From positions 1 to 56,528 of IMG/VR virus record IMGVR_UViG_3300046011_010468: a DNA stretch of 56,528 nucleotides; one strand, given 5' to 3'. This DNA is from a virus (Duplodnaviria > Caudoviricetes). The position numbers and the translations under genes were made by a program. Position 1 is the first letter of the stretch. Every line of letters starts with the position of its first letter. The notes beneath the pieces were generated by a model. It worked only from the letters and a program-made list of their open reading frames with translations. It ran no database searches and was not told the DNA's origin. Positions 24,817 through 34,649 of this stretch are shown here, piece after piece.

Positions 24817-25569
24817 TCAGTTGTTGGCGGATTCGAGGGCGTCGAGGCGCTCTTTGTGCTCGTGGATGGAGTTGCGCAGGTTGCTGAGGACTTCGGCGAT
24901 GTTGACGCCGGCGATGGGGGCGAGCTGGAGGTCGTGGGCTTCGACCTTGGCGTGGAGGGCGACGAGGTCGATGTCGTGGGGTGGAGATGGGGGCGCGGGT
25001 TTGACGGGCTTGACCTTCTCGATGCCGAGGAGCTTGCGCATGCTGGCGATGTTGCCGGCGGTGATGATCAGGCCAGGGAATGCCGGCTCACATTCGTGTT
25101 CAGCGCCCGCCATGGCTTTGACCATGAGTGCGAAGTCTTGGGTGGCCTGACGGGCGGCGTCGGCGTCTGACTCGTTGGCGACAAAGGCGCGATTCTCATC
25201 CTGGCTCATCCATTGCTGGAGTGCGGTGCGTTCGCGGAAGGCGAGGGTGTTGGCGATGCGCTTGAGGGAGGTTTGCGGTGGTTGGCTGTGGTTGGCGGTG
25301 GTTGGCGGTGGATTGGAGGGGATGTGGAGTGTGAGGGAGACGCTGGCGGGTTTATCCCAGTGAGTCGAGAGGGCGCGGTTGAGGTATTCGTGCTGGGCTG
25401 GGCTGGTGAGGATGTCGTAGCTGTGCTGGGTGGTGACTTCTGCGATGATGACGTCGTCGCCGATTTCGGTGACGAGGATGTCGAGCAGGGCGGCGGAGAT
25501 CAGGGGGCGCTCGGCGTCAATTTGAGCGGCGAGTCTGGGGAGGGCGGTGGTGAGGGGGGTGGGTTGCAT
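24817..25569 (-). CDS. Hypothetical protein
   Basis: 250 aa in the replication operon. Confidence 0.65.
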   Translation of the reverse strand: MQPTPLTTALPRLAAQIDAERPLISAALLDILVTEIGDDVIIAEVTTQHSYDILTSPAQHEYLNRALSTHWDKPASVSLTLHIPSNPPPTTANHSQPPQTSLKRIANTLAFRERTALQQWMSQDENRAFVANESDADAARQATQDFALMVKAMAGAEHECEPAFPGLIITAGNIASMRKLLGIEKVKPVKPAPPSPPHDIDLVALHAKVEAHDLQLAPIAGVNIAEVLSNLRNSIHEHKERLDALESANN

Positions 25570-25614
25570 AGGAGGGGAATAAGTTTGCGGTGGTTGGCTG
25601 TGGTTGGCGGTGGT

Positions 25615-26154
25615 TTAAGAGGCGGGTTGACTGGGTTGGGGGCGTTTGGGGAAGAATTTGTGGAGTCGGCGGATTTGGCGGATGATTTCTTGCTGCTCCT
25701 CGGCGGCGGCCCCTTCCCCGGCTTTTTGGGCGGCGGGTTGCATGACGGCCTCGATCTCGGCGAAGCTGGCTTCGCGGACGATGGCCTGGGGGCCGTTGAG
25801 GGTCTGGAGGAAAAAGGTGATTTTCTCTGGGGAGAAGAGGTGCAAGCAGCGGGTGGCGGGGACTTCGCGATGGAGGCGGATGATGCGGGCGCTGGGGTCG
25901 CTGGGGGTGGCTTTGACGACGTAGAGGGCGTAGCAGAGGGGTCGCGCAAAGGTGGGATCGGCGCGGATCTGGGCGCGGTGATCGACCTCGGCCTGCTCGT
26001 GGGCGCATTCGAGGTGCATGGGTCCGCCTTCGGTGGTCTGGCGGAGGACTTCGACGGGGTCGGTGAGGAGATAGACGTGGAAGCGTCCGAGGGGTTGGCC
26101 GCAGCGCGGGCAGGTGAAGGCGGCGAGGTGGGTGAGTGTGTGGGGGGAGAGCAT
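25615..26154 (-). CDS. Hypothetical Zn-binding protein
   Basis: CPRCG...MHLECA. Confidence 0.65.
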   Translation of the reverse strand: MLSPHTLTHLAAFTCPRCGQPLGRFHVYLLTDPVEVLRQTTEGGPMHLECAHEQAEVDHRAQIRADPTFARPLCYALYVVKATPSDPSARIIRLHREVPATRCLHLFSPEKITFFLQTLNGPQAIVREASFAEIEAVMQPAAQKAGEGAAAEEQQEIIRQIRRLHKFFPKRPQPSQPAS

Positions 26155-26209
26155 GATGAGGAGAGAAGTTAGAAGAGGCGGTAGGATGAATTAGTGATGA
26201 CTGAGGCGG

Positions 26210-26497
26210 TTATTGGCACATGGGGAGATCGGCGAAGGGCATGCCGAGTTCGGCGCAGTGGGTGCTGGCCTGGGGATGGCTGGAGGGCCGGCGGTGGTGG
26301 TGGAGTCCGTGGTTGGCGGAGAGTAGGCTGCGGGGTAGCTCCCAAAGTCCGGTTTCTGGCATGAGGGTGCCATCGTCGTCACGGGGTGCGAGGTCGGACA
26401 GGATGCAGGGGGCGATGTCGCGGAGGAAGCAGCCGCTTGGGAGGGCGGCGCAGAGGTGGCAGTCGCCGTCGTGGTCGGCGTCGTTGGGGCAGGTCAT
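26210..26497 (-). CDS. Small Cys/His-rich protein
   Basis: MTCPNDADHDGDCHLC; ATG 26497 overlaps the rep stop. Confidence 0.5.
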   Translation of the reverse strand: MTCPNDADHDGDCHLCAALPSGCFLRDIAPCILSDLAPRDDDGTLMPETGLWELPRSLLSANHGLHHHRRPSSHPQASTHCAELGMPFADLPMCQ

Positions 26498-27648
26498 GCG
26501 GCGTGGGGTTTTGTTGTGACAGTGGGGTGGCGGTGGACGCCGGTGGCGGCGAGGAGGCCGGCGAAGGCAGCGGCGTTTTCGGCGGGGGGAAGTTCGGGGG
26601 CGGGGGGTGGTGTGACGCGTGACGTGACGCGGGGCGTGACGGCGTCGCCGAGGCGTGGTGCTCCGGCTTGCTTCCAGGCGGTGGTGGCGCGGTCGAGCAG
26701 GGCGGCGAGGTCGTGGCAGAGGTGTGCGCGACGGGCGGAGACTTTGACGGGGTCTTTCTGGCCGGTGTTCTGGGCGCTGTTGGCCCATTTGAAAAACCAG
26801 GCGAGGAGGTGCCAGTCCTGGTCGTCGAGTACTGCGAGGTTGTGGCGGGCTTCGTAGAGCGCGGATTCCTCTTCGGCGCTCCAATGCGGGGTCTTGGTCC
26901 AGCTCGGGCGGAGGGCGTTGATGCGGCGTTTCAGGGTGCCGAGGGGGTCGGGGTCTGGTGGAGTTGACGGTGGTTGACGGTGGTTGACCTGGTTGACGGG
27001 GTGTTCTGAATCAGAGTCAGAGATCTTAGATTCAGAGATAGATAAAGAAGAAGATAAAGAGGGCGTTACGTTATTCTCTTCGTGACGTTGCGTGACGCGT
27101 GACGTGACGCGTGACGTGACGGGGTTGGATGCTTGATCCTGGATGCTGGATGCTTGCTGCTCCTGATTTTCGGCGTCGGTAAGTTGTTCCACGGCGGCCT
27201 TGGCGGCTTTTTTCTTGTCGCGAGAGCGTTGAGCACGCCTCGCGGCGGCGGTCTTACTGCGCTCTCCGTTTTTGTCGGGCGCGTTGTGTTCCACAAAGCG
27301 GGGGAGGGTGACGGTGTGGGCCTCGGGGTCGTGGATGGCGTAGCCGACGGACTGCATGGCCTCGCCGAATCCGGGGATGTGGGCAAGGGCGTCAAGGTAG
27401 GAAAGGTCGGCGTGACGGAAGACGCCGTCGGTGGTGTGGTCGTTGGCGGCGAACCAGACGCGTGACAGGCCCATCACCGTCACGTCACGCAGGGCGTTAC
27501 GCGTCACGGTATCCGTCACGCTTCCAAACAAGTCTTTGGCCTGGCTGGTGAGGATGTAGCCGGGGGCGGATTTGGCGATGTGGGCGGCCATGCGGTGGAC
27601 GCGTGGGTCGCTTTCGAGGTCGGCGCGGATTTTGATCCAGGAGGGCAT
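26494..27648 (-). CDS. Phage replication initiator
   Basis: N-terminal WIKIRADLESDPRV...W....H..DG...PGFGEAM..VG family pattern, AARRAQRSR helix, internal iterons. Confidence 0.8.
   Translation of the reverse strand: MPSWIKIRADLESDPRVHRMAAHIAKSAPGYILTSQAKDLFGSVTDTVTRNALRDVTVMGLSRVWFAANDHTTDGVFRHADLSYLDALAHIPGFGEAMQSVGYAIHDPEAHTVTLPRFVEHNAPDKNGERSKTAAARRAQRSRDKKKAAKAAVEQLTDAENQEQQASSIQDQASNPVTSRVTSRVTQRHEENNVTPSLSSSLSISESKISDSDSEHPVNQVNHRQPPSTPPDPDPLGTLKRRINALRPSWTKTPHWSAEEESALYEARHNLAVLDDQDWHLLAWFFKWANSAQNTGQKDPVKVSARRAHLCHDLAALLDRATTAWKQAGAPRLGDAVTPRVTSRVTPPPAPELPPAENAAAFAGLLAATGVHRHPTVTTKPHAA
27005..27121. repeat. Probable replication origin: AT-rich tract plus GTGAC iterons
   Basis: AGATAGATAAAGAAGAAGATAAAGA next to CGTGACGCGTGACGTGACGCGTGACGTGAC inside the initiator gene. 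Confidence 0.6.
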
Positions 27649-27690
27649 GGGGGCGTGGGGCGTGATGGGGAGACTAGGAGACGGGGAGGA

Positions 27691-27921
27691 TTACTGGCGT
27701 CGGGATAGGCGTTTGGTGATGTGCCAATACAGGCGTTTGGAGTCGGTCTCGGAGAGTTTTTTTTCGTGGGCGATGGCGTCGCGGATTCGGACGGCGGGCC
27801 AGTCCTGGGCGGCGAGGTAGTCGATGGTGGGATCGACGCTGGCGTAGCCGTGCTTGGAGCGAGACGGGGTGCTGGGCTTGGTCCAGGTACGGGCTTTGGC
27901 GAGGAGGGCGTCGGCGGTCAT
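27691..27921 (-). CDS. Small hypothetical protein
   Basis: 76 aa upstream of rep. Confidence 0.65.
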   Translation of the reverse strand: MTADALLAKARTWTKPSTPSRSKHGYASVDPTIDYLAAQDWPAVRIRDAIAHEKKLSETDSKRLYWHITKRLSRRQ

Positions 27922-28013
27922 GGGCGGCTGGATGCTGGATTCTCGATGCTGGATGGGGTGCCTGCTGCGCTGCGCCTAGAGGGGATGTTTGCGCAGCAGG
28001 CCGAGGGGTGGGT

Positions 28014-28274
28014 TTACTTGCCGACGGGGGCCGTCGGTTCGGGGCTGACGAGAACGGTTTCGCCGGCGGCTGGGGTGATGAGGATCTGGCCGGTTTGGCG
28101 CGCGATGTCTGCGGCGGCCGGGGTGATGATCTTTTTGGAGACGAGGAGGTTGAGGCCGAGTTCGCCGATGGCGACGGCTTTCTGGGTGTTGGCGGGGTTT
28201 TGGCAGCTTGTGAGGGCGGCGAGGATGCCGATGAGAAGGATGCGGAGCATGCTGGTGGTGGTGTTGGTTTTCAT
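28014..28274 (-). CDS. Small lipoprotein
   Basis: MLRILLIGILAALTSC lipobox; start 28274 or 28250. Confidence 0.7.
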   Translation of the reverse strand: MKTNTTTSMLRILLIGILAALTSCQNPANTQKAVAIGELGLNLLVSKKIITPAAADIARQTGQILITPAAGETVLVSPEPTAPVGK

Positions 28275-28332
28275 GATGGGGACTGGGTTGACTTTGTTGA
28301 CTTCGTTGACGGGGGTTTGTTTGGGTGGGGGA

Positions 28333-28551
28333 TTAGGGGGCGTAGAGGAGGGGGTCGAGGGTGCTATGGATGAAGGTGTCGCGTACGAAGCTGGCGCTGG
28401 CGAAGCTGGAGAAGTGGTAAGAGGTGCCGTCTTCGAGGTCGATTTGCCCGCAGTGGATGGGGATGACCATGGAGTCTCCGCAGAGCGGGCCGCCCACGAG
28501 GTGGGCTGTGCTGGTGGCGGCAAAGGGCGGGTGGCTGTGAAGGTCGTTCAT
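28333..28551 (-). CDS. Small hypothetical protein
   Basis: LVGGPLCG motif common in small phage proteins. Confidence 0.6.
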   Translation of the reverse strand: MNDLHSHPPFAATSTAHLVGGPLCGDSMVIPIHCGQIDLEDGTSYHFSSFASASFVRDTFIHSTLDPLLYAP

Positions 28552-28555
28552 GGGA

Positions 28556-28783
28556 TCAGAGCCAGCCGAGGAGGTGGGCGGTGTAGGTGAGGAGGGTGAA
28601 GGCGAGGAAGGCGAGGCCGGCGTAGCGGACGACGCGGGCGGTGTCTTCGGCGTCCTGGCGTGCTTCGATCCGCCAGCGGGGTTCAGGGTTGCAGCCGGGG
28701 GTGAGGGAGCCGTGGGGGAGGGTGAGACTGCGGCGCAGGTCGATGTGGTTGAAGACGGGGCAGGTGTCGGGTGGGAGTTTCAT
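28556..28783 (-). CDS. Small membrane protein
   Basis: C-terminal hydrophobic helix. Confidence 0.6.
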   Translation of the reverse strand: MKLPPDTCPVFNHIDLRRSLTLPHGSLTPGCNPEPRWRIEARQDAEDTARVVRYAGLAFLAFTLLTYTAHLLGWL

Positions 28784-28816
28784 GGGTAATGTTCTATGTT
28801 TCAGGTTTAAAGTTGG

Positions 28817-29080
28817 TCAGCGCGTTGAAAGCAGGAGGGTGAGACGGTTGCTGGCCTGGACGGCGTCGAGGGCGCGGATGATGAAGCGGCGGCCTTCGTG
28901 GGTCAGGAGGTGGAGTCTCTGCTTGGGCTGCTCGGCGATGGCCTTGGCCTTGCGCGGCTTGATGACCTTCCAGGCGCTGTGGCTCCAGCCGCCGTTTTCG
29001 CGGACGTGGGCTTTGATGGGATCAAGGTCCGGGTTTGGGGTGCCGGCGAACTTATGCTCTTTGTGGGGGCGGTGCTTCAT
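28817..29080 (-). CDS. Small basic protein
   Basis: Start MKHRPH at 29080 overlaps the antirepressor stop. Confidence 0.55.
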   Translation of the reverse strand: MKHRPHKEHKFAGTPNPDLDPIKAHVRENGGWSHSAWKVIKPRKAKAIAEQPKQRLHLLTHEGRRFIIRALDAVQASNRLTLLLSTR

Positions 29081-29835
29081 GCGGTGAGTTGGAGGATATT
29101 GGAGTGTGTGGGGGGAGTGGGGAGGTTGAGGCGTCGGCGGACCCATTCGATGCCTCTCGGGGTGAAGCGGGTCTGGGTGAAGGCGTGGTCGTTCGCTTCG
29201 CCGGTGCGGAGGGCGAAGTAGCCGTCGGCCAGATGCTCGGCGTAGGGTTGGAGTTGGCCGCGCTCCCGAAAGAGGATGCGCTTGTCTTGCAGGCGGCGGG
29301 TGAAGTCCTGCGGGCCGATGCCAAGGAGCTTGGCGGTTTCGCGGATGCCGAAGGTGCCGCTGGCCTGGACGTAGTGCTCAACGAACTCGACGCTGGGCTT
29401 TTGCGCTTCGACGGTGAGTTTCAACGCCTCGGCCACGTCGTGGGTGTCTGCGAGCAGGCGGAGGGCCTCGGAGAAGGTCTTGGGGAGGTCGAACGGCGCG
29501 GGGAGGACGCTGTAGGTGCCGGTGCGGCGGAGGGTGGGGAGGACTTCGGCGGTGACCCACTTTTTGAAAGTCTTGGCCTCGGGGCGGCGGGATCGCAGGA
29601 CGAGCGAGTAGAGGCCGGACTCAGTGATGACCACCATCGTCTGCTTGCCTCCAAGGGTGTCAGCAATCCCGACACCCTTTTCATCGTCGTCGAGTCCGGC
29701 GACGGCCTCACGGTTGTTGGTGAGGCCAAGAGCGTTACATACATCCACCGCCACGAATTTGATGCCATCCTCTTCGAGGACGGTGCGGACGCGCTGGGTG
29801 CCGAAGGTGAAGGTTTGGAGGGCGGGAGTGCTCAT
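29077..29835 (-). CDS. Antirepressor (Bro-N plus ANT/KilAC)
   Basis: FVAVDVCNALG...ITESGLYSLVLRSRRPEAKTFKKWVTAEVLPTLRRTGTY; LPKTFSEALR; TRFTPRG. Confidence 0.93.
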   Translation of the reverse strand: MSTPALQTFTFGTQRVRTVLEEDGIKFVAVDVCNALGLTNNREAVAGLDDDEKGVGIADTLGGKQTMVVITESGLYSLVLRSRRPEAKTFKKWVTAEVLPTLRRTGTYSVLPAPFDLPKTFSEALRLLADTHDVAEALKLTVEAQKPSVEFVEHYVQASGTFGIRETAKLLGIGPQDFTRRLQDKRILFRERGQLQPYAEHLADGYFALRTGEANDHAFTQTRFTPRGIEWVRRRLNLPTPPTHSNILQLTA

Positions 29836-29864
29836 GGGTGGGAGAGGCCAGAGGGTGGGGAGGG

Positions 29865-30107
29865 TTAGACGGTCAGGCCGAAGTGTTTGCGGGTGATGTA
29901 GAGGTGGTCGCCGAGGCGGGAGTCGGGGGTAACTTCGCTGGCGTCGGGGCTGGAGGTCCAGAGTTCGGACTCGGGGGCGCGGAGTTCGATGATGTGGATG
30001 AGGGTGAGGGCGACGCTGGCCTCGTCGCGGCTGGTGGAGCCGTGGTAGCTGCGGAGGGTGCGCAGGAGGTCTTTGGCGAAGGCGAGTTGGTTGGCGTCGA
30101 GTGGCAT
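29865..30107 (-). CDS. Small hypothetical protein
   Basis: Start MPLDAN at 30107. Confidence 0.55.
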   Translation of the reverse strand: MPLDANQLAFAKDLLRTLRSYHGSTSRDEASVALTLIHIIELRAPESELWTSSPDASEVTPDSRLGDHLYITRKHFGLTV

Positions 30108-30272
30108 GGGGGCGGGTGATGAGGTTGACTTGGTTGACTGGATTGACGGGGCAGGAATGCCCCGGTTACGCGGCGGCGACTTGGGGGGCGAATTTGGGGC
30201 CGAGGGTGCGCTGGACGATGTCGGCGGTGATGTCGGCGGTGCGGAGGTGGACTTCGCGCTTGGGTCCATCGT

Positions 30273-30470
30273 TTAGGCGGCTTCGAGTTTGATTCCGGCG
30301 GGTTCGAGCTTGCGGTTGATGAGGCGGGCGATGAGGCCGGTGGGGGTGGTGCGCTGGAGGTGCGCGTTGGCCTCCAGGTCGCGGCGCAGCTCGGGCGGGA
30401 GCTGGCTGAGGTTGAGCTTGAGGAGGACTTCGCCGGCGTCAGTGTCGTGGGGGAGTGGGTCGTCGGGCAT
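30273..30470 (-). CDS. Small DNA-binding protein in Cro position (RHH-like)
   Basis: MPDDPL...LNLSQLPPELRRDLEANA...TGLIARLI; divergent from the repressor. Confidence 0.55.
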   Translation of the reverse strand: MPDDPLPHDTDAGEVLLKLNLSQLPPELRRDLEANAHLQRTTPTGLIARLINRKLEPAGIKLEAA

Positions 30471-30570
30471 GGGTTTGTGTGCAGTTCGTGCTACTCTGTG
30501 CATATTGCTCTTTCTGGGGTGGCGTGCAACTTCAATTTGCAAATAATGCAAGCGGGTGCATTCTGCACAT
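30471..30570. promoter_or_regulatory. Divergent immunity region with repeated TGCA operator half-sites
   Basis: AT-rich, with TGCA repeated seven times (e.g. GTGCAACTTCAATTTGCA, ATGCAAGCGGGTGCAT). Confidence 0.6.
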
Positions 30571-31182
30571 ATGACTATTACTGGTGAGGCACTTAAAGCG
30601 TGGCGCGAAGGGCGTCGGCTGTCGCAGGTCGACGTCGGGGGCATGCTGTGCGTGTCTCACTCAGCGGTGAACCGATGGGAGTCCGGCCAAGACATTCCGG
30701 GTCCGGCGCAGTTGCTGCTGGGGATGCTCATTCACGGCGAGATGCCGTTTGGGAAGCCGGAGGACACGAGCGCCGAGGAGGAGAAGCACTTCTGGCAGTT
30801 GAAGCTGTCCCTGGCCGACTGGCACAAGCTGGAAGGTCTGGCGGCGGCGGCGGGATTCGCGACGGTGCGGGATTACCTGCTGTCGCTCATTCAGGAGCAT
30901 TTGGCTTCGGAGGGTTTTGCTGGACAGTCTTATAATTATGGAAATAATAACCCTGTATGCCAGACTCCCTACTCAAATGTCGCGACTGTCATTTCCTCCG
31001 AAACCGGCCCCAAAGCGCCATCACTCCCAACCTCGGGTGCTCCTATTGTCCCGCTACCGACAGCACACTGGTCCGGGGCCGGAAAGGCCGCCGCAAAGGC
31101 GGCCGAGATCGAGGCCCAGACGCCAGTGAGCGCCGAGCGGCAGGCGGTGGGGCATGAGGTGCCGAAACGCCGGAAGAAGTGA
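30571..31182 (+). CDS. XRE-family HTH repressor (CI position)
   Basis: LKAWREGRRLSQVDVGGMLCVSHSAVNRWESG; no S24 autopeptidase domain. Confidence 0.85.
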   Translation: MTITGEALKAWREGRRLSQVDVGGMLCVSHSAVNRWESGQDIPGPAQLLLGMLIHGEMPFGKPEDTSAEEEKHFWQLKLSLADWHKLEGLAAAAGFATVRDYLLSLIQEHLASEGFAGQSYNYGNNNPVCQTPYSNVATVISSETGPKAPSLPTSGAPIVPLPTAHWSGAGKAAAKAAEIEAQTPVSAERQAVGHEVPKRRKK

Positions 31183-31223
31183 ACCACCGAAGGCACGGAA
31201 CACACGGAATCTTTGCTTATGGC

Positions 31224-31239
31224 TGTCGCAACAAAACCC
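31224..31239 (+). promoter_or_regulatory. Third copy of the TGTCGCAACAAAACCC box
   Basis: Identical to the 8231-46 copy; upstream of the HTH/RusA genes. Confidence 0.65.
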
Positions 31240-31262
31240 AACCTTAATGACGATCTTGAAGC

Positions 31263-31679
31263 ATGAAGCCGCTCCCCCCTGCCCTGCGAAATGGCCTGCT
31301 GCGGATGCGGCGGGAGAATGCGACGTTTTCGACGATCTCGAAGGCGTTTGGGGTGCCGGTGGGGACGGTGAAGAGTGTGTGTAGTAAGGAGGGTGTGAAG
31401 CCGCGCATGGAACCCCTAGTTGCGAAGGGGAAGGCCCAGAAGATGGAACCCCGGAAGAAAGAGGGGAGAGGGGAGAGGATAGAGGCGGTGCATCGGGGGC
31501 TGCGGCTGGAGGATATGCCGGGGCGGACGAGGTGGGAGCGGCGGAGCACGTTTGCGCTGTTCAAGCGGGGCGAGTGGCCCCCCCTGCACTGGCATATTCC
31601 GACGAAGCTGGAGGGCGCGGAGTTGCGCGAGATGCTGATGGAGCGGGCGGTGATGTATAAACCCAAAGCGAAGCCATGA
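31263..31679 (+). CDS. HTH-containing protein
   Basis: TFSTISKAFGVPVGTVKSVC helix-turn-helix. Confidence 0.65.
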   Translation: MKPLPPALRNGLLRMRRENATFSTISKAFGVPVGTVKSVCSKEGVKPRMEPLVAKGKAQKMEPRKKEGRGERIEAVHRGLRLEDMPGRTRWERRSTFALFKRGEWPPLHWHIPTKLEGAELREMLMERAVMYKPKAKP

Positions 31680-32230
31680 AGAGTTCCAAGTTTGAAGTTC
31701 AAAGTTCCAAGGGTGGCGCGGAGTCTCCCCTTCCCCCAGTCTTCGAGTCTCCTCGTCTTCGCCTTTGGTTGCCGGGGTATCATACGCCGTCGTTGAACCT
31801 TACGGCGGGGAAGCATTGGTCGAAGGTGCGGCGGCTGCGGCTGGAGACGGCGGCGGCGCTGTATGAGGCCATGCGGGAGTTTCAAGTTTCAAGTTCCAGG
31901 TTTCAAGTTGAAGAGGCCAAGAGGGTGTTGTCGAAGATTCTGCTCAAGGTGCCGCTGGAGACGCGGCGGGGGAAAAAGCCGGCGAAACCCGAACGTCCGG
32001 CGTGGCTGCGGATCGAGCGGGTGGCGTGCGTGCCGCTGGATGAAGAGAACTTCAAAGGGGGGACCAAGGGCCTCACGGATCTGCTGCGCTACGCGTTTCC
32101 GACCGTGCTGCTGGATGATGCGCCGGGGTATGTGGTGATGGAGCATGTGCAGACGTGGTGCCCGAAGCGGTGCGAGGAAGGGACGTGGGTCGAGCTGAGA
32201 CTCGATGCAGGAATGACGAAACCCAACTGA
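31676..32230 (+). CDS. RusA-like Holliday junction resolvase
   Basis: PSLN...LDEENFKGGTKGLTDLLR...LLDD. Confidence 0.75.
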   Translation: MKSSKFEVQSSKGGAESPLPPVFESPRLRLWLPGYHTPSLNLTAGKHWSKVRRLRLETAAALYEAMREFQVSSSRFQVEEAKRVLSKILLKVPLETRRGKKPAKPERPAWLRIERVACVPLDEENFKGGTKGLTDLLRYAFPTVLLDDAPGYVVMEHVQTWCPKRCEEGTWVELRLDAGMTKPN

Positions 32231-32254
32231 CGAATGATGAACGCTGACCGCTGA

Positions 32255-33252
<998 letters not shown>

Positions 33253-33257
33253 GGTGT

Positions 33258-33452
33258 TCAGTGTTGGAGGTTGCGGCCGAGGAGGATGAGTTTGGATTTG
33301 GCGGCGGCGTAGAGTTCTTGGTCGATCAGGCGATAGATGGTCCGCAGCTCGATGATGGTGTCGGCTCGGGAGATGACGGCGGGCCTGGGGCCGGGGGCGC
33401 TGGGGAGGCGTGGGCGGGTGTCGCGTGGTGGGGGCGTGTAGGGGCGGGGCAT
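33258..33452 (-). CDS. Small hypothetical early protein
   Basis: 64 aa. Confidence 0.55.
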   Translation of the reverse strand: MPRPYTPPPRDTRPRLPSAPGPRPAVISRADTIIELRTIYRLIDQELYAAAKSKLILLGRNLQH

Positions 33453-33492
33453 GGTAAGCGAAAAATGAAGGTGGAATGATGAAGGATGAATT

Positions 33493-33846
33493 TTAAGCGG
33501 TGGGGCGTGGTTGGGAGAGGTAGTCGGGGCGGTTTTGGTTGGCGCGGATGGCGCGGCTGAGGCGCTGCAAGAGGGGTTTGTCGTTGGTGCAGATGTTGAA
33601 GACGTGGGAGACGTTGAGGAAGTTCCCCCAGACGTGGACGAGCTTGTCGCGGCGGGCGGCGTCGCGCAGAATGGGACTAAAGAAGCCGTGGCGCTGGCTG
33701 CCGGCGGCGTAGAGGAAGTTGCCGAACTCCTCGAACTTGCGGTCGAGGGGCTCGGTGGCGAGGAGATCGAAGAGGTGGTCGAGCGATTCCTTGGGGTGAT
33801 ACGACGGTGGGCCGTTGGAGTTGATGAGGAGGATGGGGGTGCTCAT
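33493..33846 (-). CDS. Hypothetical early protein
   Basis: 117 aa, globular composition. Confidence 0.7.
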   Translation of the reverse strand: MSTPILLINSNGPPSYHPKESLDHLFDLLATEPLDRKFEEFGNFLYAAGSQRHGFFSPILRDAARRDKLVHVWGNFLNVSHVFNICTNDKPLLQRLSRAIRANQNRPDYLSQPRPTA

Positions 33847-33859
33847 GGCGGTGTGTGGG

Positions 33860-34198
33860 TTAAAGTTTAATGCCGTGCTGTTTGAGCGTGTGTTTGGTGG
33901 CGGCGACGAGCATCTGGCGTTGGTAGCGGTCTTCGGGTGTCATGTGTTGGCCTTGGTGGATGAGCACGGTGTCGAGGGCGGCGGTGACGTTGGCGAGGTC
34001 GTCGAGGAGGCTGCCGGGCTCGGTGGGGAGCGCGGGAGACTCGATGCCGCGCTTGAGGATGTCCTGGCAGCAGTGGAGGACGTAGCTGGGGCCGGATTGT
34101 TCGTTGGCGGGGTAGTTGTCGAGTTCCGCGACGAAGTTTTGCAGGTTGTTGAGGACTTGCTGGGGCGTGTAGGGTTGGGGGGCGGTGGGGGTGCTCAT
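33860..34198 (-). CDS. Hypothetical early protein
   Basis: Start MSTPTA at 34198. Confidence 0.65.
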   Translation of the reverse strand: MSTPTAPQPYTPQQVLNNLQNFVAELDNYPANEQSGPSYVLHCCQDILKRGIESPALPTEPGSLLDDLANVTAALDTVLIHQGQHMTPEDRYQRQMLVAATKHTLKQHGIKL

Positions 34199-34211
34199 GG
34201 CGGTGGGTGGG

Positions 34212-34547
34212 TTAGAGGGGGAGGAAGGCGACGGGGTCGGAGAAGGATTCACCGTTGACGCGGACGGTGTAGTCGCGGCCTTCGATCTGGACGGGTTGGC
34301 CGTGTTCAAGTTCGACAGCCGCAGCGATCTCGGCGCGTTTGGCGTCCAGTTCGGCAGCTTTCCCGGGATAGTCTGCGGTGAGGACGCTGGTGTCGCGGTG
34401 CGTCCAGGCGAGTTCGCCATGCTGGTTGGTCGGCTTGTCGCCGTATTGCGCGCTGATGCCCTCCTGGGTGCGGACGCGGATGCGTGCGGAGGTGCTACGG
34501 AAGCCTTTGACGCGGATGACTTGATCGTGGGTGAGGGGCGTGTTCAT
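34212..34547 (-). CDS. Hypothetical early protein
   Basis: 111 aa, first gene after a sigma70-like promoter. Confidence 0.7.
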   Translation of the reverse strand: MNTPLTHDQVIRVKGFRSTSARIRVRTQEGISAQYGDKPTNQHGELAWTHRDTSVLTADYPGKAAELDAKRAEIAAAVELEHGQPVQIEGRDYTVRVNGESFSDPVAFLPL

Positions 34548-34556
34548 GACAGCCCG

Positions 34557-34585
34557 ACATTACGCTACCATCTTGGTTTCGTCAA
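34557..34585 (-). promoter_or_regulatory. Sigma70-type promoter, near-leaderless
   Basis: TTGACG-17 nt-TAATGT on the - strand; -10 ends 9 nt before ATG 34547. Confidence 0.75.
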
Positions 34586-34649
34586 CGATGAAAGCGAGAT
34601 TTAAGGGCGTAGCGGGACTTTATTGACCGGGGTGACCGGATTGTCGGAT

